Of a stretch of 64,000 nt of DNA, positions 43,620 to 57,636 are shown piece after piece. The notes beneath the pieces were generated by a model that worked only from the letters and a program-made list of their open reading frames with translations, had not been told where the DNA came from and did no database searches. The stretch is taken from the NCBI RefSeq assembly GCF_009914755.1, contig NC_060937.1; one strand, given 5' to 3'. This DNA comes from the human T2T-CHM13v2.0 reference genome, Homo sapiens. Positions within the stretch are counted from its first letter, which is position 1, and each line of letters begins with the position of its first letter. The translations under genes and the position numbers were made by a program.

Positions 43620-44603
43620 TTAAATGCGGCCTCCTGTGCCTCCCTGGGGCGCCACTCTCGCTGGGTTCTTGGCGGAGCTCACCGTACTCCACCTGCTCGG
43701 CCCAGGCTCCTGCGCCCCCGGAGTCACGCCATGGGAGCGAGGACCTTGCCGCGGCCCTAGACAAGGACAATGAGGAGGGGGTGCACGTGGAATCCCCACG
43801 GATAGGCCAGACGCCGGGCAGGAGCCTTTGCAGGGGTGCACAGCCTCCTCTGGAAGCCCTGGTCGCTGCCTGGTGCCTGCTGCGCCCTGCGAGCTCCGCA
43901 GCGGTGGAGCCAGGCCTGAACTGCCTGCTCTTGGCCCCGCCTGCGGCCCTCTGCCCTTTGTCTTGCCCGTGGGGCCCGGGGCCTCAAGCTGGCCCGGGGT
44001 TCCTGAAGTTAGCTGACGATGGGCTGGCCTCTGGGGCTGGGTCGTGGGCCTTGTGCACTGGCCGCCACGTCACCAGCACCAGGCCTACCCGCGGTGCTGC
44101 TGGAGACGCGCGATGCCCGGGCTCGGGCTCTGCTGGATCCCCTGGCGCTGCGAACCCCGTCACCTTCCATCGCGGCCGGCCACCATGCTGCGAGCTGGTC
44201 AGCCGCCTTCCTGGGACCCCTCCGGCCCCAAGGAGGCATCACTCACAGCCGCTTGCGACACCGGGGCCGCCTGAACCTCAGCCAGGGCTGCGCCACGCAA
44301 GTGGCTCCAGCCAGCCAGCCCTGGCCCATGAGCAGGACGTTCCGATCCTAGAGATGATCGCCCTCGGCAGTGATACACGGCTATGGAGGAGGCAGCGGAT
44401 ACCTTCTAAAGTTTGTAGACACTCTACTGCCACACCAAAAGTTTCACCATCAGCTGCGATGCCGACTGGGGCTCAGAGACCCCTCTGGGATGTGGACCAG
44501 GCAGTGCTTTTGCTGGGCATGGCAGTGCTGACCACCCGAAGTGCGGACCTTCACTTCGTGTTCCTCATACTCCACGTTCCACATCCAAAGTTCTCTACCA
44601 TTT
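43620..44603 (-). other. CpG-rich island-like segment, FAM182-like non-coding exon region
   Basis: Abrupt high-GC, CpG-retaining ~1 kb block; minus-strand acceptor ctctctctttctttctgatttcagtttcttttgatttctcctgcttAG at 44604-44605; similarity to FAM182A/B is from memory only. Confidence 0.5.
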
Positions 44604-45420
44604 CTAAGCAGGAGAAATCAAAAGAAACTGAAATCAGAAAGAAAGAGAGAGAGAGAGAGAAAGCCATGAGCAAAAATAAAAAAAAGAGCAAAACCTTCTG
44701 GAAAGCATAAAACGCCTCAAAGCCAAAAACTAATTCTTATATCTTTTAAACCTTCTGCACTTCTCCAATGATGAATGATTTATTTTTTTTAACACTGGCA
44801 ATTCGTAATTATTAACTTCTCTGGCATTAATGACTAGAAATTGAATCACATGTGGGAGTTTAATTTGTATTATATGAAGCTTTTCATATTTTAAAAAATA
44901 ATCGTTCAGTTTTTCTCCGTGGATTAACAATTAATGGAAAATTTTCAACATTGCTGTGTTAATGTCTCCTGAGATAATTAGATGTGAATAATCTTTTATA
45001 AACAGAATTTCCTGGGTGGAATTTCTCATCTTCAGGATCTCGATAAATAACCATGTCCCAAGAGAACTGTGAATTTGGGAACTGCAAGAACTGAGTCTCA
45101 ACTTGTCCAGCCTGGAAGCTCTTGGGTGAATCACTCTTGCAGGTGACTTCACTGCCTTCTGTTGAAGGGCCAGTGAGAGCCTGGGGGTTTCAACATGCAA
45201 GAGCCTTACCATTTTAGGGTTAACATTCACAATGAGGAAAAGACATACTTTTTTGATATTCTCCGTATGTAATAAAATAGTTACCAAAACAAAGCAAAGT
45301 GTGAGTGGTGACTATTGAGAGGACCCTTTTTATCTTTGCTGGATTCCCAGAGATTTCTGGGTTTCTTTTGGAGTCAATAGTATTTCCATGTTAATTCTGA
45401 GCTCTTAAATCCCACAATAT

Positions 45421-45488
45421 GAGTTGCAGCCAGTGACTAGAGTTGCAGCCAGTGACTAGAGTTGCAGCCAGTGACTAGTGTTGCAGCT
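45421..45488. repeat. 19-bp tandem repeat, 3.5 copies
   Basis: gagttgcagccagtgacta three times perfect, then gtgttgcagc. Confidence 0.95.
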
Positions 45489-46019
45489 TGTTAAACTGAT
45501 CACTAGCGGTAGAGCCTTTTCATTCTGTTCACTTCTTAAAAGGTCAGCTTGGTCAGATATCAGTGCTACCCTGCCAGAAATAAGCGGTTAGGAATCAAGT
45601 AAAGGAGTCAGCTAAAAGTGTAATTACTAAGTAGTGAGGTCACAGCTCGATGGTTGTTGATCTCATTTTCTCTCTGCTGCTGATTTCAAGGCTTTATACC
45701 GTGTTTTGATATAACAGAATGTATACTATGAAGGACAAATAGTCTGTTAGCTTCTTGGAGCTATACTCCATTACTGGAGCAGGGGACAACAATTTGAAGG
45801 ACATTACTACTTAGACAGTTTAATCTGCCTTTGGCTAGAATAAACTTCAAGTTCCAAGGGCTGGGTTCAGTTGTTATGCAAATTTAGATTGTTGTGGTAA
45901 AATTTCCAAAACAAAAAGGATAGGACTCTTTAGATGAAATAAGAATTTAACTGTATTTGAACCCTGTTGAAGGCCAGACAAGTTTAGGCAAAATCCCATG
46001 ACTGAATACTCTTTGATGA

Positions 46020-48240
46020 GTCCCTTTAAATTCCAACATATAATCTATGTTGGTAAATATGATACATGCACTGGAAAAGGATGTGTATTCAGTAGTTGTT
46101 GAGTGTCGGGTTATGTATATGTCAGTTTATGTCAAGTTCGTTCATTGTGTTCATCAAATCTCCCTTTCTCTTATGGATTTTTTCTGTTGGTTCCATCGGT
46201 AATTGAAAGGTATGTTAAAATCTATATTGTAATTAGTCCATTTTTCTTTTAGTTATATCAGTTTCTGTAGTAAATAATTTGAAGGGATATTTTATATTTA
46301 TACATATTTAACATTGGCATACTTTTCTAGTGACTCACATTGTAAAATCTCTTTTATCTTAGCAATATTTCTTGGCTTAAGACTAAACTGTCAATAATAA
46401 CATAGCAACACGAGCTTTGTGCTGATTAGTGTTTTCAGACATGTTTTCCACTGCTTTACTTCCAAATGTCTAGATTCTTGTATTCAGATAAATTAATTAA
46501 AACATAAAAAATAAATATAATATAAAACTTTAAAAAGTAAATATTCTAAAAATCCAGCCAGAGATGTTTCACTTTTAATTGAAGTGTTTAGGACCACTAC
46601 TCTCACACTGTGTGCTAAGGTGCCCTGAGATGCTGTGTTTAACTGACGGGCACCAGTGGATAGTGTGTGAGTATGTGTATGTGTGCGTTTGTATCTGAGA
46701 TGGGGGTCTCACTCTGTCCCCCAGGCTGAAGTGGAGTGTGAGGTCTAGGCTCACTGCAGCCTCTGCCTCCCTGAGTAGCTGGGACAACAGGCGTGCACCA
46801 CCATTCCTGGCTAAGTTTTGTAATTTTAGTAGAGATGGGGTTTTGCCATGTTGCCCAGGATGTATATTTTTGAGGGAAACAAAGCAACATTTGCTGGAGA
46901 CCTTAAGAACTACTAGCCTGAGGCAGTTCATAGTTTCAAAAGTACTTAGTTAGAAGTGCATTTCTTTACCTTTAGGGTGGGTGTTGTTAATTACCACGAA
47001 GAAAGCAAGTATTGTGCTAAAGTCAGTGTGGAATAAGAATAAGGTCCAGTGGTTGAGATCCAGTCCGATTTTAAGATTTGAAAAGTTGTGCTGTGTGCCC
47101 AACAGGCACACACATCCCAATAGTAAGTAAATTGTGCTTTTTTAAGAAAGGAACAAAAATACTGTTTCTACTTCCATTGCGTGTTATTTTGTATATGTAC
47201 TTGCAAATACATCACCAAAATAAAAATAAAGAACATATCCAGCACTCAAAAAAGTTTCCCCTTGCCCTTTTATAATCCCAAACTTTCTGTATCTTCCTAC
47301 CTTACCACACTCCCTGGCAATCACCAATCTGTCACTATAAAATAGTTTGCCTTGTGTAGACATTTATATAAATGAAGTGTAATATGCACCCTTTTTTGGA
47401 GGGGTCTGGCATTTTTCACACAGCATAATTATTTTGAGATTCAGCTATATTGCAGGCATCAATAGGTCATTAATTTTATGACTGAGTAGTATTCTATTGT
47501 GCAGATCGGTCACAACTTATATATCCATTTGCCTGTTGATGGGTTTTTGCATTGCTTCCGGTTTTGGACTTATACAAATACATTTGCAATGAACATTCAT
47601 GTACATAAGTTCCTATAACTTTGAGTAAATATTAGGAGTGTAATAGCTAACAGGTTTAGGTTTAGTTTTAAGAGACTGTCAAAATGTTTGCCAAAATGGT
47701 TGTACCATTTTATATTTTTATCAGCAGTATATAAGAATTCCACACTCTTGCCAACATTTTGTATGGGCCTTCTTTTAAAATTTTAGGCATTTTCATGTGT
47801 GTACAATAGTATTTTATTGTGGTTCCATAATGCCTAATAATATCTAGTATCTATGTACTTACATGCCATCTGTATATATTTGGTAAAGTGTATGTTCACA
47901 TTTTTTTGCTTCTCCCTTTTTTGTTTTATTCTTTGCTTATTTTCTCATTATTAAATTTTAACAGTTTCTTTATATACTTTAGATTCAAATCCCTTATTAG
48001 ATATGAGACTTGCCAGTATTTTCCCCTTGAGTTTTCTTTGTGTTCTCATAACACTATCTTTCAGTTAGCAGATGCTCTCAATTTTGATGGGGTCAAATTT
48101 ATTAATTGTTGTTTTGCATTTGGTTTTTGGGGCTTCATCTAAGATGTTTTTGATTAATTGAATATTACAAATTTTCTTTATTTTCATCTCAAAGTTCATA
48201 GCTTTTAATACTTTATTTTATATTTAAGTCAATGGTCCTA
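46020..48240 (-). mobile_element. Old antisense L1M fragments with a partial AluJ (~46695-46860)
   Basis: catgcactggaaaaggatgtgtattc; attattttgagattcagctatattgc; tttgccaaaatggttgtaccattttata. Confidence 0.75.
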
Positions 48241-49477
48241 TAAGTGACAGAGCTTTAACCCAAGTCACTGTCATGCATAGCTGGACCCAGGGGCTTATAT
48301 AAAATCATCAAGAAATGTTTTCCTTCTTTCTCTTGACACTTTTCCTTTTGTTTTAGCCTCATTTTTTCCTTCTGAAGATGACTCTCTTCTCTCTTTGTAG
48401 CAAGAGATAGTACTAGAAATAACCCACTTTACTTTGTCCTCACATACCACAGTGGTAGAAAAAGCAAGAGTCCTTCCTGATTATTCCAAAAAAATAGTAC
48501 TGAAACAGTTGCTATGATCCAAGGGTAGAGTCTTTTGCCAGAACTTGGCATCATGATCACCTCTAGGGCTGGGGCTTTTAGGTTGGGTCAGGCCTAGTTG
48601 GTGCTCATTGAAATGGTCCCCAAAGAAAAGGGGGGCTCTCAAGAGGAGAGTTGCTGAACACCCCACCAAAAAATAGCCACTGTGTACATACCTACAATTC
48701 CTTGCCAGTTTATAAGCAACTGGTTGGGTGGAAAATGACTAGAAATTCAGTTGTCATTAACTTTCCTTTATAATGTCAGTAGAATGAGCCATACATTTCA
48801 CATGTTGTGGGTTACGTCCATGATAGTCATTTCTGTATATTAGGTATCAATTTGGAGTATCATCTGAAGAAATATATTATTTTGTGATGTTATCCTTAAA
48901 TTAATATTTTTAGGATAAAGATTTATAGGATGAAAGAAAAGTCTAGGATAGAAATAAAAGAATAGAGAAAATGGGAGCATGGATATACTGCAGAAAATGG
49001 CCAAACAGGAAAAGTACTTGTGAGAAGTATTGAAGTACATAATTGATGTCACATAGACCTCCAGGAAATTACAACTACTGGCATAAGAACAAACTATCTG
49101 AATAGTCTTTGCTAATACTGAGTCTTTTCTGCTTGCAAAAGTAGTAAGAATGGTAAGGAATTGGGACATTGTTCAGATAGGCCTCAATGCATTTGTTCAT
49201 TTACCTGTTGATGGGGTTTGGGGGTATTAATGAAGGATGTTAATAAATAATAATGGGCATGTTAGGTAATCATAATTGATTTGTCCATTTGGTCTGAAGA
49301 AAATGTTGCCTACCTTCTTTTTTGTCGAGGGATTCATTTTTAATGTCATGTTGGATTATATGACTTACTAAATGTGTAATTGCCTATTTATGGATTCTGA
49401 AGAATTTTATAAAATGTATTTGCCAAACATTTTGAAAGCTTAGAACTTCTCCAAGGAAGAAGTTTTTTAGTGCTTTA

Positions 49478-49680
49478 GTGCTGCCCTGATAAATATGGTA
49501 GCCACAGCCATGTGAATATTGAGCATTTGAAATGTGGCTAGGCTGGAGTGAGATGTGCTGTCAGGGTAAAACACACACCAGATTTTGAAGACTTAGTAGG
49601 AAATAAAATTAAACATATCTAATTAATAACTTTTATATTGGTTAGACATTGAAATAATATTTTGTATGTATTTTACATAT
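49478..49680. mobile_element. MER33-like hAT-Charlie fragment
   Basis: tttgaaatgtggctag...gagatgtgctgtcagggtaaaacacacaccagattttgaagacttagta. Confidence 0.75.
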
Positions 49681-50179
49681 AAATATACATTCATGTGTAT
49701 GTGTAATTAATATCTTCATATGAAATACTTCTCAATTACAATTGGAAGAATGATGACTTTGTGGTGGAGAAATCTGGCACAAACTTGATCATGTGCCTCC
49801 TGCTGTGATGTCCTAGGAAGACCACAGCATTATTTCTGTGGTTTTCTTGTGAAAGATACATGACCTAAGTCTGGATGTGGAAACACATCAGATGGAAAAA
49901 GGTAAACACATCCTTCATAAGTGTGTATGCTCTTTAAAACTCTTAAGTTTATGAAAAATAGGGCAAAACAGAGGAACTGTTTGAAGTTGAAGGAACTTAA
50001 TAGTCATGACAATTAATGCAATGGGAACTCCTGGATTGGATCCTGGATTACAAAGTTCAAAAAAATGTATTTAGGGCACAGCTGAGAAAATTTGGATCTG
50101 TTGATTGGACAGTAGTGTTGGGTGAATGCTGATATCCTGATGTGGATGATTATATTCTGGTTATGAGAACTTTTCCCAG

Positions 50180-50770
50180 ATTCGTCATCATTTGCCCAGT
50201 GGGTTCATGGACAATGTGGCGATGGTAGCAGGAGAAGATGCTACATGTTTCCAATAACATGAATTTCCCTGCAGCAGTGCTGCCTACTGCCCAGATGAGT
50301 GCCCTGACTGCCGACAATGAGCAATGCTGAGACCCTGGAAAGAGGAACTACCTTGCCTAGACCAGACAGATTTCTGGTAATGTTGTAATAATATTTTTTC
50401 CCTTCCTTCATGGAAGTGGTAAAGAATTGCCCTCACTGGAATAGATGCATTTCCGAATACGGACTCCACTTCATATGCTTCTCATAGCATCAAATTATTT
50501 ACATTTGCTGAGTTCTTATTCTCTGCTATCATACAATTACTACTGAAGATGGAGCTTATTTTACAAAAAAAGAAGTGATGCGATGGGCTTCAACCCATAT
50601 TTATTGGTCTTGTGACATCCCACATCACCCAGAGGAATATGACCTCACAAGAATCAGTTATTTCACCAACTGTGAGACCCTGAGGGGCTGGGTTTCTATC
50701 CTACAAGATGTGTTAGATGCCCTGACCAAAGATCCCTCCTACCCAGAATGCATGGTTCCATGTAGCAAGG
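50180..50770 (+). mobile_element. Ancient ERVL-class internal fragment (pol integrase region), highly degenerate
   Basis: Residual motifs AQWVHGQCGDG, ECPDC, LPSWKW...LTGID, YFTKKEVMRWA...IYWSCDIPHHPE, TLRGWVSILQDVLDAL, matching ERVL integrase AQWAHEQSGHGG / ECPTC / LPSWKG..LTGID / HFTAKEVRQWA..IHWSYHVPHHPE. Confidence 0.8.
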
Positions 50771-50777
50771 ATCATTT

Positions 50778-51292
50778 TGATGGTGGTGATGATGATGGTG
50801 AGGATGGTGATGGTGAAGGTGGAGGTGGTGATAATGAAGTGATAGTTATGTTGAGGATGATGAAGGTGATGATGATGGTGAGAATGGCAAAGGTAAACAC
50901 GGTGATGGTGAGAATGGTGATGGCAGTGATTGTGATGGTGATGATAAGGATGGTGATGGTGAAGGTGGTGATGATAATAGTGATATTTATGGTGAGGATA
51001 ATGGTGACGATGAGGATGATGATATTGAGAATGGTGATAGTGATGATCATAGTGATGGTAATGATGATAATGATGACGATTATGAGGATGGGGAGGGTGA
51101 CAATAATTATTATGGTGAGGATGGTGATGGTGAAGGTGGTGATAACGATAGTGATAGTTATGGTGAAGATGCTGGTGTTGATGATGGTGAGAATGGCAAG
51201 GGTAAGAATGGTGATGGCCATGATGATAGTGTTGGTGATTGTAAGGATGGTGATGGCAATCATGGTGATGATGATAATGGTGCTGACTGGGC
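50778..51292. repeat. Compound (GAT/GGT)n low-complexity array 2
   Basis: Same composition as array 1 and shares its ~40-bp higher-order motif. Confidence 0.95.
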
Positions 51293-51789
51293 TATGAGGT
51301 AATGGAGGCAGAAAAGTGGCTGTTTCTAGGAAGTATAGAGCCAGCTGGGAACTGCAAGGCAACCTTAGTGGGGGTGGAAGATGTCGGGCCCCTGCGTCAT
51401 TTCTAGACATCTGGGGAAATCTCACCCCTCACAGTAGTTCCAGGAAGCCCTCCATCCAGCATTTCCTTCTCGCAATCAGCATGGAGCTTTTGGGGTGCAG
51501 AGAAGTGTCTTCTATTCACTGCACTCTGTGGGAAGGGAAAAGGGGGAGTGCTATTTATGAACCCAGTATAATACAGTAGGGTCTCATCTAATATATTTTG
51601 GGAGAATTTTCAACTGAAAAGAGCAAGCTTCAGAGAAGTCAGGTAACTTTATCTTCAATAGCATCCAGTTGTGATTTATTGAGCAATTACTATGTGCCAG
51701 GCAACATGCTGGGTGGTTCCTTATATGTTATCTCATGAAATCCTACAGCAACACAAGGAGACAGGCATAACTACCCCATTATAAAAATT

Positions 51790-52270
51790 GTGGCAAAATG
51801 AACTAAAATTTACTGTCTAACTATGTTTAAATTTACATTTCAGTGGCATTAAATACATTCGCAATGTTGTGCAACCAATTTCCAGAGTGCTTTTCATCTT
51901 GTAAAACTACAGTTCTGTAACCCATTTAAAAACAACTCCCCAATCCCCACCCTCCCCAGGACCTGGTAGCCACCATTCTCCTGTCTGTCTCTATGGATTT
52001 GACTACTCTAGGTGTCTTGGAAAAGTGGGATAATACAGCATTTGTCTTTTTGGTCTGGCTTATTTTGTTCAGCCTAATGTCCTCGGGTTCATTCTTGACG
52101 CAGCACGTGTCAGACTCTCCTTCCTTTTCAAGGCTGAACACTATTCCACTGTATGCATAGACAGCATTTTGTTGATCCGTCCATCCATCCATTGACACTT
52201 GGGTTGCTTCCACCTTTTGGTTATTGTGGATGATGCTGCTCTGAACATGGTTTTGCATGTATCTCTTCCA
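51790..52270 (-). mobile_element. L1MB-type 3' end, antisense
   Basis: cagtggcattaaatacattcgcaatgttgtgcaacc...gacacttgggttgcttccaccttttggttattgtg. Confidence 0.85.
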
Positions 52271-53038
52271 GGTTAGCCCCATTATACAGAAGAGCATAGA
52301 GAGATTCTGGGAGGAGGGATGAATGCCTGGGGCCTTTGGTGAGGTCCTGGTGGAGGATCTCCCAGACCTCAAAGGCAGAGCTCCTCTCCTCACCCCACTG
52401 CCTTTCTTAGGACCTGCCTCCTGCTCCACCACACAGTGCCCACTCCCTGGTACTAGACTTGCTAAGGCCTCTTGATCCCTGAAAGTTCAGGGACAGGAAC
52501 TAGCAGGCACAACTACAGTCACTCACTTCTCTGTCCCCTACTGCAGATTCGGTTGCAAACAATACATGACAATGACCTGCTTTCCACTCTTTCACCAGAT
52601 GTGGATGAGGCGCCTACTGCATGCCAGGCATGTGTGGGCACTGGATGGAGACCCCTGGGAAATGAGTAGATGTGAGCTCCTCAAGGCCAGGGGCATCCCT
52701 TTCACTTGCTGCTACCCTGTGAGGGATGGAGGGGAACCCTGAAGCATTGGAGAAGTGCATGAGTGACCTAGCTCAGATGATGATATCATAGTAACCCTGT
52801 TTATTATCACCTACCATGTGCCAGGCATTGTGCGAAGTACTTTGCACACATTACCGGCTGTAAAGCTCAGAGACAACTGTAGGAGTGAATCTTTTATGCC
52901 TCCCACTTTACAGTGGAGGAAACTGACGCTCAGAGAGGTGAACCAGTCTTCCCCAGGCCTTGCAGCTAGTATCTGGGATGTGGATCCAGGCGGTCTGACT
53001 CAGAGATCCCCTCATCCTTTTAGTTTTTGCCCCTGCAG

Positions 53039-53434
53039 CCCTCTGGCCTGTCCCCAGGGCCCTGTACCGTTGGCCACCCCCAAGATGACCTGGACATGGG
53101 CTTCAGCAAAGGCAGCAACCCCAGCATATCTCCATTTGATAGGGAGGAACCTCAGGCCCACCACAGGAGCCCTGGGTGGGCTGCAGGTGGTGTAGGTGCT
53201 GGCTGAACCACAATGCACCCATGTTGGAGGATGCACCCTAGGATTGGCAGCAGCAGGAGGTCTCCCGGCCCAACAACTGGTAGTGGTACCTGAGAACAAA
53301 GGAGGAGAAGGATGCTTCGGATACAGGTGTGGAGAAGCCCAAGGAGGAAAAAGAAGATTTGGACTATGGGCTGCTGGATGGCCTCAAGGACCCCCTCCCA
53401 GAAAAGGAACTTTGAGACTTATACCAAGGGCTGA
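53039..53434 (+). pseudogene. BSNDP: Barttin (BSND) pseudogene, last coding exon, with stops and frameshifts
   Basis: ccctgcAG acceptor then [36 protein letters not shown]...[54 protein letters not shown], matching barttin [37 protein letters not shown]...[27 protein letters not shown]; ends at ggcTGA. Confidence 0.9.
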
Positions 53435-55374
53435 GATGAAAGTGCTCCCTCTTTTCTATCCTGGAACTGCTGCAAACTTCAGTGTGACATCACAGCGCCT
53501 TGTTTCCCTATTTGTAAAATGGGATTTTATGGGGGTTCCAATGAGACACTGGACCGAGAGCATTTTGAGAATTGTAAAAAATGTACAGTGAGTGAGGGAA
53601 TAATTATTATCAATGGACCATTGCTCTTCCAATAGTTAGTATTCTTTAGCAAATATTTAAAGGTAAAATATGATTTGTTGAGGAGGTTTGCAGCAGCTGA
53701 GGCCCTCAAGAGTCTTTTCTGTCTCCGTTGAAAGCTGGCCTCTGACAGGGACCTTCTTGGTGCTACCCCTGGGCCCCTCATCCTTTGTGCAGGCTTCTCA
53801 GGGTTCTTATTTATATTGCATCTTGTGGTTCCCTAGTGGATGGCATGCTGCATCTTCACTCAGAGCTAACTGCATCTCCTCCAGGCCCATGTCCCTTGTG
53901 CAGCACCCACTGGTCCCTCACCAGGATTCAAAACCTTCTGTGACTGACCTCTGCTGACCTCCCAACTTTATCCCCCCTCATTCTTTCTGCTCCTCCAGTT
54001 CCATGCCTGTGCCCCTCAATCCTGTGGCTCACACTCTCACCCAAGCTGTTCTCCATCAGGATTTCCTTGGCTCCCTTTTCTGGTAGGCAAATTTATTTTC
54101 ATCCTTCCAAGCCCTGCACAGATGTCCTCTGTGCAGAAAGCTCTCCCTGAGGTCACACAGTCCAGGAACAAGGTAGTTCTTGCTCCTGTGCTCTCTCTAG
54201 GTTTTGTGCCTTTATCACTTTGGTGTAACTGCCTGCCTCCTGCTGAAGGGAGGCATTTTGGCTTTACTCACCTCAGTATCTCCTGGGTCCAGCTGGGTGT
54301 CTGGCCTGGCCCAGAATTGGCGCTCATCAAGGGTGTATAGAACTCACAAGGACCCAGGAATGTTTTGCAAATAATACCACCCTCCCACACTTCTCCAATG
54401 TTTACTTTCTAAGATCCTTTACTCTTTGACATTCAAATTTCTAAATGGCCTGTATGTGTTTACAAAGCCTGGGAAAATGCCTTCAGAGGACAAACAAACC
54501 CCACCAGCAGAATGTATTTGCATTGACTAGGATTATGGATGAAATTCAGCTTTCCGGCAAATGAATCATTTGGCATTGGCTAAGTATCTGCTCTGTGCCA
54601 GATACTCAGCTGTGATCTCTAGAAAGAGACATGAACTACTGACACAGTCCTTGACCCCGAAGAGCTCAGAATCCAGTGAGCTTGATTTCTTGTAAGTTAG
54701 AGACAGAGTTCAGAGCAGAAGCTCAGGCAGGAGAAGAGAAGTAAAATGGACACACCAGAGGCAGTGACAGCCACACAGCTGTCTGGGGACACTGAGTGCA
54801 GCAACAAATAGCTTAGGCTGCCTTGGCAGCCCACGAAGGTATCACGGTTTCCTATTGCAGCATCTCAGTGATGCTTTTGTTATGCTGATCTCTGCAAAGC
54901 CCTCTGTGCCCCAGCCCAGGATGGTGACAGCCATGCTGTGGAGAAAAGGGCAGTGACCGGGACCACAGGCTCAGAGCTTGTACCCTGGACCACCTGGGAA
55001 TGGGAGCCCTTCACATGTTCTCTGCCTCTGTGTTCAGGTTGGGGGTCCTGGCCAAGGAAAGGAGATGACCCCCATGCTGGGTCAAAAGAACACACTCCCG
55101 GGAACAGACTCTCTTTTCTTTCTGGGTAATTTCTGCCTCTGCAGTGAATGGTGTAACCAGACACATCCTCTCTATTGGTATGACACAAAGACAGGCGTTC
55201 CTGCTCATGGGCTGAATCCTCAGGTGAGGGGAGGTGTAGTACATTCCTGTGCTCTGCTGACTAAGGCAGGGACACATGTCACCCCATCAGAATGAGTGCC
55301 AGACAAATGGCTACAATAAAATCATTTCCAATAATCAAAGGAGTCACCTTCATTCATCTACAAATAATTTTCCT

Positions 55375-55684
55375 TTTCTTTTTCTTTTTTTTTTTTTTTT
55401 TTTGAGATGGAGTCTTGCTCTGTCACCTAGGCTGGAGTGCAGTGGCATGATCTTGGCTCACCACAACCTCCGCCTCCTGGGTTCAAGCGATTCTCCTACC
55501 TCAGCCTCCTGAGTAGCTGAGACTACAGGCGCCCACCACCACATCTGGCTAATTTTTGTATTTTTCATAGACACAAGGTTTCACTATATTAGCCAGGCTG
55601 GTCTTGAGTTCCTGACCTTGTGATCCACCCGCCTTGGCCTCCTAAAGTGCTGGGATTACAGGTGTGAGCCACCACACCTGGCCC
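55375..55684 (-). mobile_element. Alu (AluS)
   Basis: poly-T then gagatggagtcttgctctgtcacc...acacctggcc. Confidence 0.93.
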
Positions 55685-56439
55685 AAGTTTTTTTCTATAA
55701 AACCACCTATTGCACTCAGGGTAGGGTAAATGATGCATCATGCCTGCTGGCAACTTGGGCCCTATCTGGAAAGCGAGTGCCCACCACCATGGCACAGTGC
55801 TGTGCAGTGCCTGTGTGGTGCTGAATCTCAGGAGCAGCCCCTATCCTGTGAACCACAACTACAGGGAACTTAGACGTAAGCAAAGACCTCTGGTGGCCAA
55901 GCCTGCCAGAAAGCAGATGCTAACCCTGTCCTGGGGATCTGCAGGGAGGTCGGGCCAGTGGAGAGGTGGCGAGACCAATGTGTGGTCTCCCCAACTCCCG
56001 CCCATGCTATGCAATGGGGGCGACCACACACCCGATCTGCCTGGGAGGGTCCTGGTGTGCCCACTGCCTCGCTGAGTTATGAGGGGTGCTGCCTCTCACA
56101 TCTCACCGGTATCGCATTTGAAGGACAAATTATGTCTTCCCTTCCCCACCCTGTGGACCTCCGTTTCCTCATGTGCAAGTGGGGGATGATATGTTTACAT
56201 GGTTATGCAGTGGTGGTATCGATGGGATCCATCTGTCAATACCCTGCATCCAGCGACCACCTGGAGCACACCTGCAGTTCGCAAGCTGGGCTTCCTGCTG
56301 CAGTGAGGGGAGCAAGCACTGCCTGGAGCCAGGGAGCCTCTCTGAAGGAGGTGTTGGAAAGGACTTGTTCCTGAATTTGGGCTTGTATTGGGAGCTTGGG
56401 GGAGGGTTGAAAGAAGCCTTTGCTCTAGATTGCTTGCTG

Positions 56440-57437
<998 letters not shown>

Positions 57438-57636
57438 TTTATTTTTTTTTTATTTTTTATTTTTTTTTCATCTTTGCCCTACTGTTTTTATTTTATAAAG
57501 TTCTCAAATCAAAATACAAAATGAAACCAGAAAACCCTACAAAGTAAAAATGACAAAATGTGAACATCTGTTTATTCTGGTTGATGGGTTATTACATTAT
57601 TCTGCTTTTCTATATTTTCTAGACTTTTTATTTTAC
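57438..57636 (-). mobile_element. Putative SVA 3' transduced sequence (57469-57636) with second poly(A) tail (57438-57468)
   Basis: AT-rich non-SVA segment after the SVA poly(A); minus-strand AATAAA at 57487-57492 lies 18 nt before a ~30-nt A-rich tail that abuts unrelated GC-rich sequence. Confidence 0.75.

Noticed and set aside
43781-44710. 309-aa ORF as a real gene
   Set aside because: GTG start, GC-rich stop-poor sequence, low-complexity tail, no recognisable domain.
44900-45300. CFTR exon-derived duplicon, which I recall from related chr7/chr20 duplications
   Set aside because: No CFTR exon sequence is recognisable here or elsewhere in the window.
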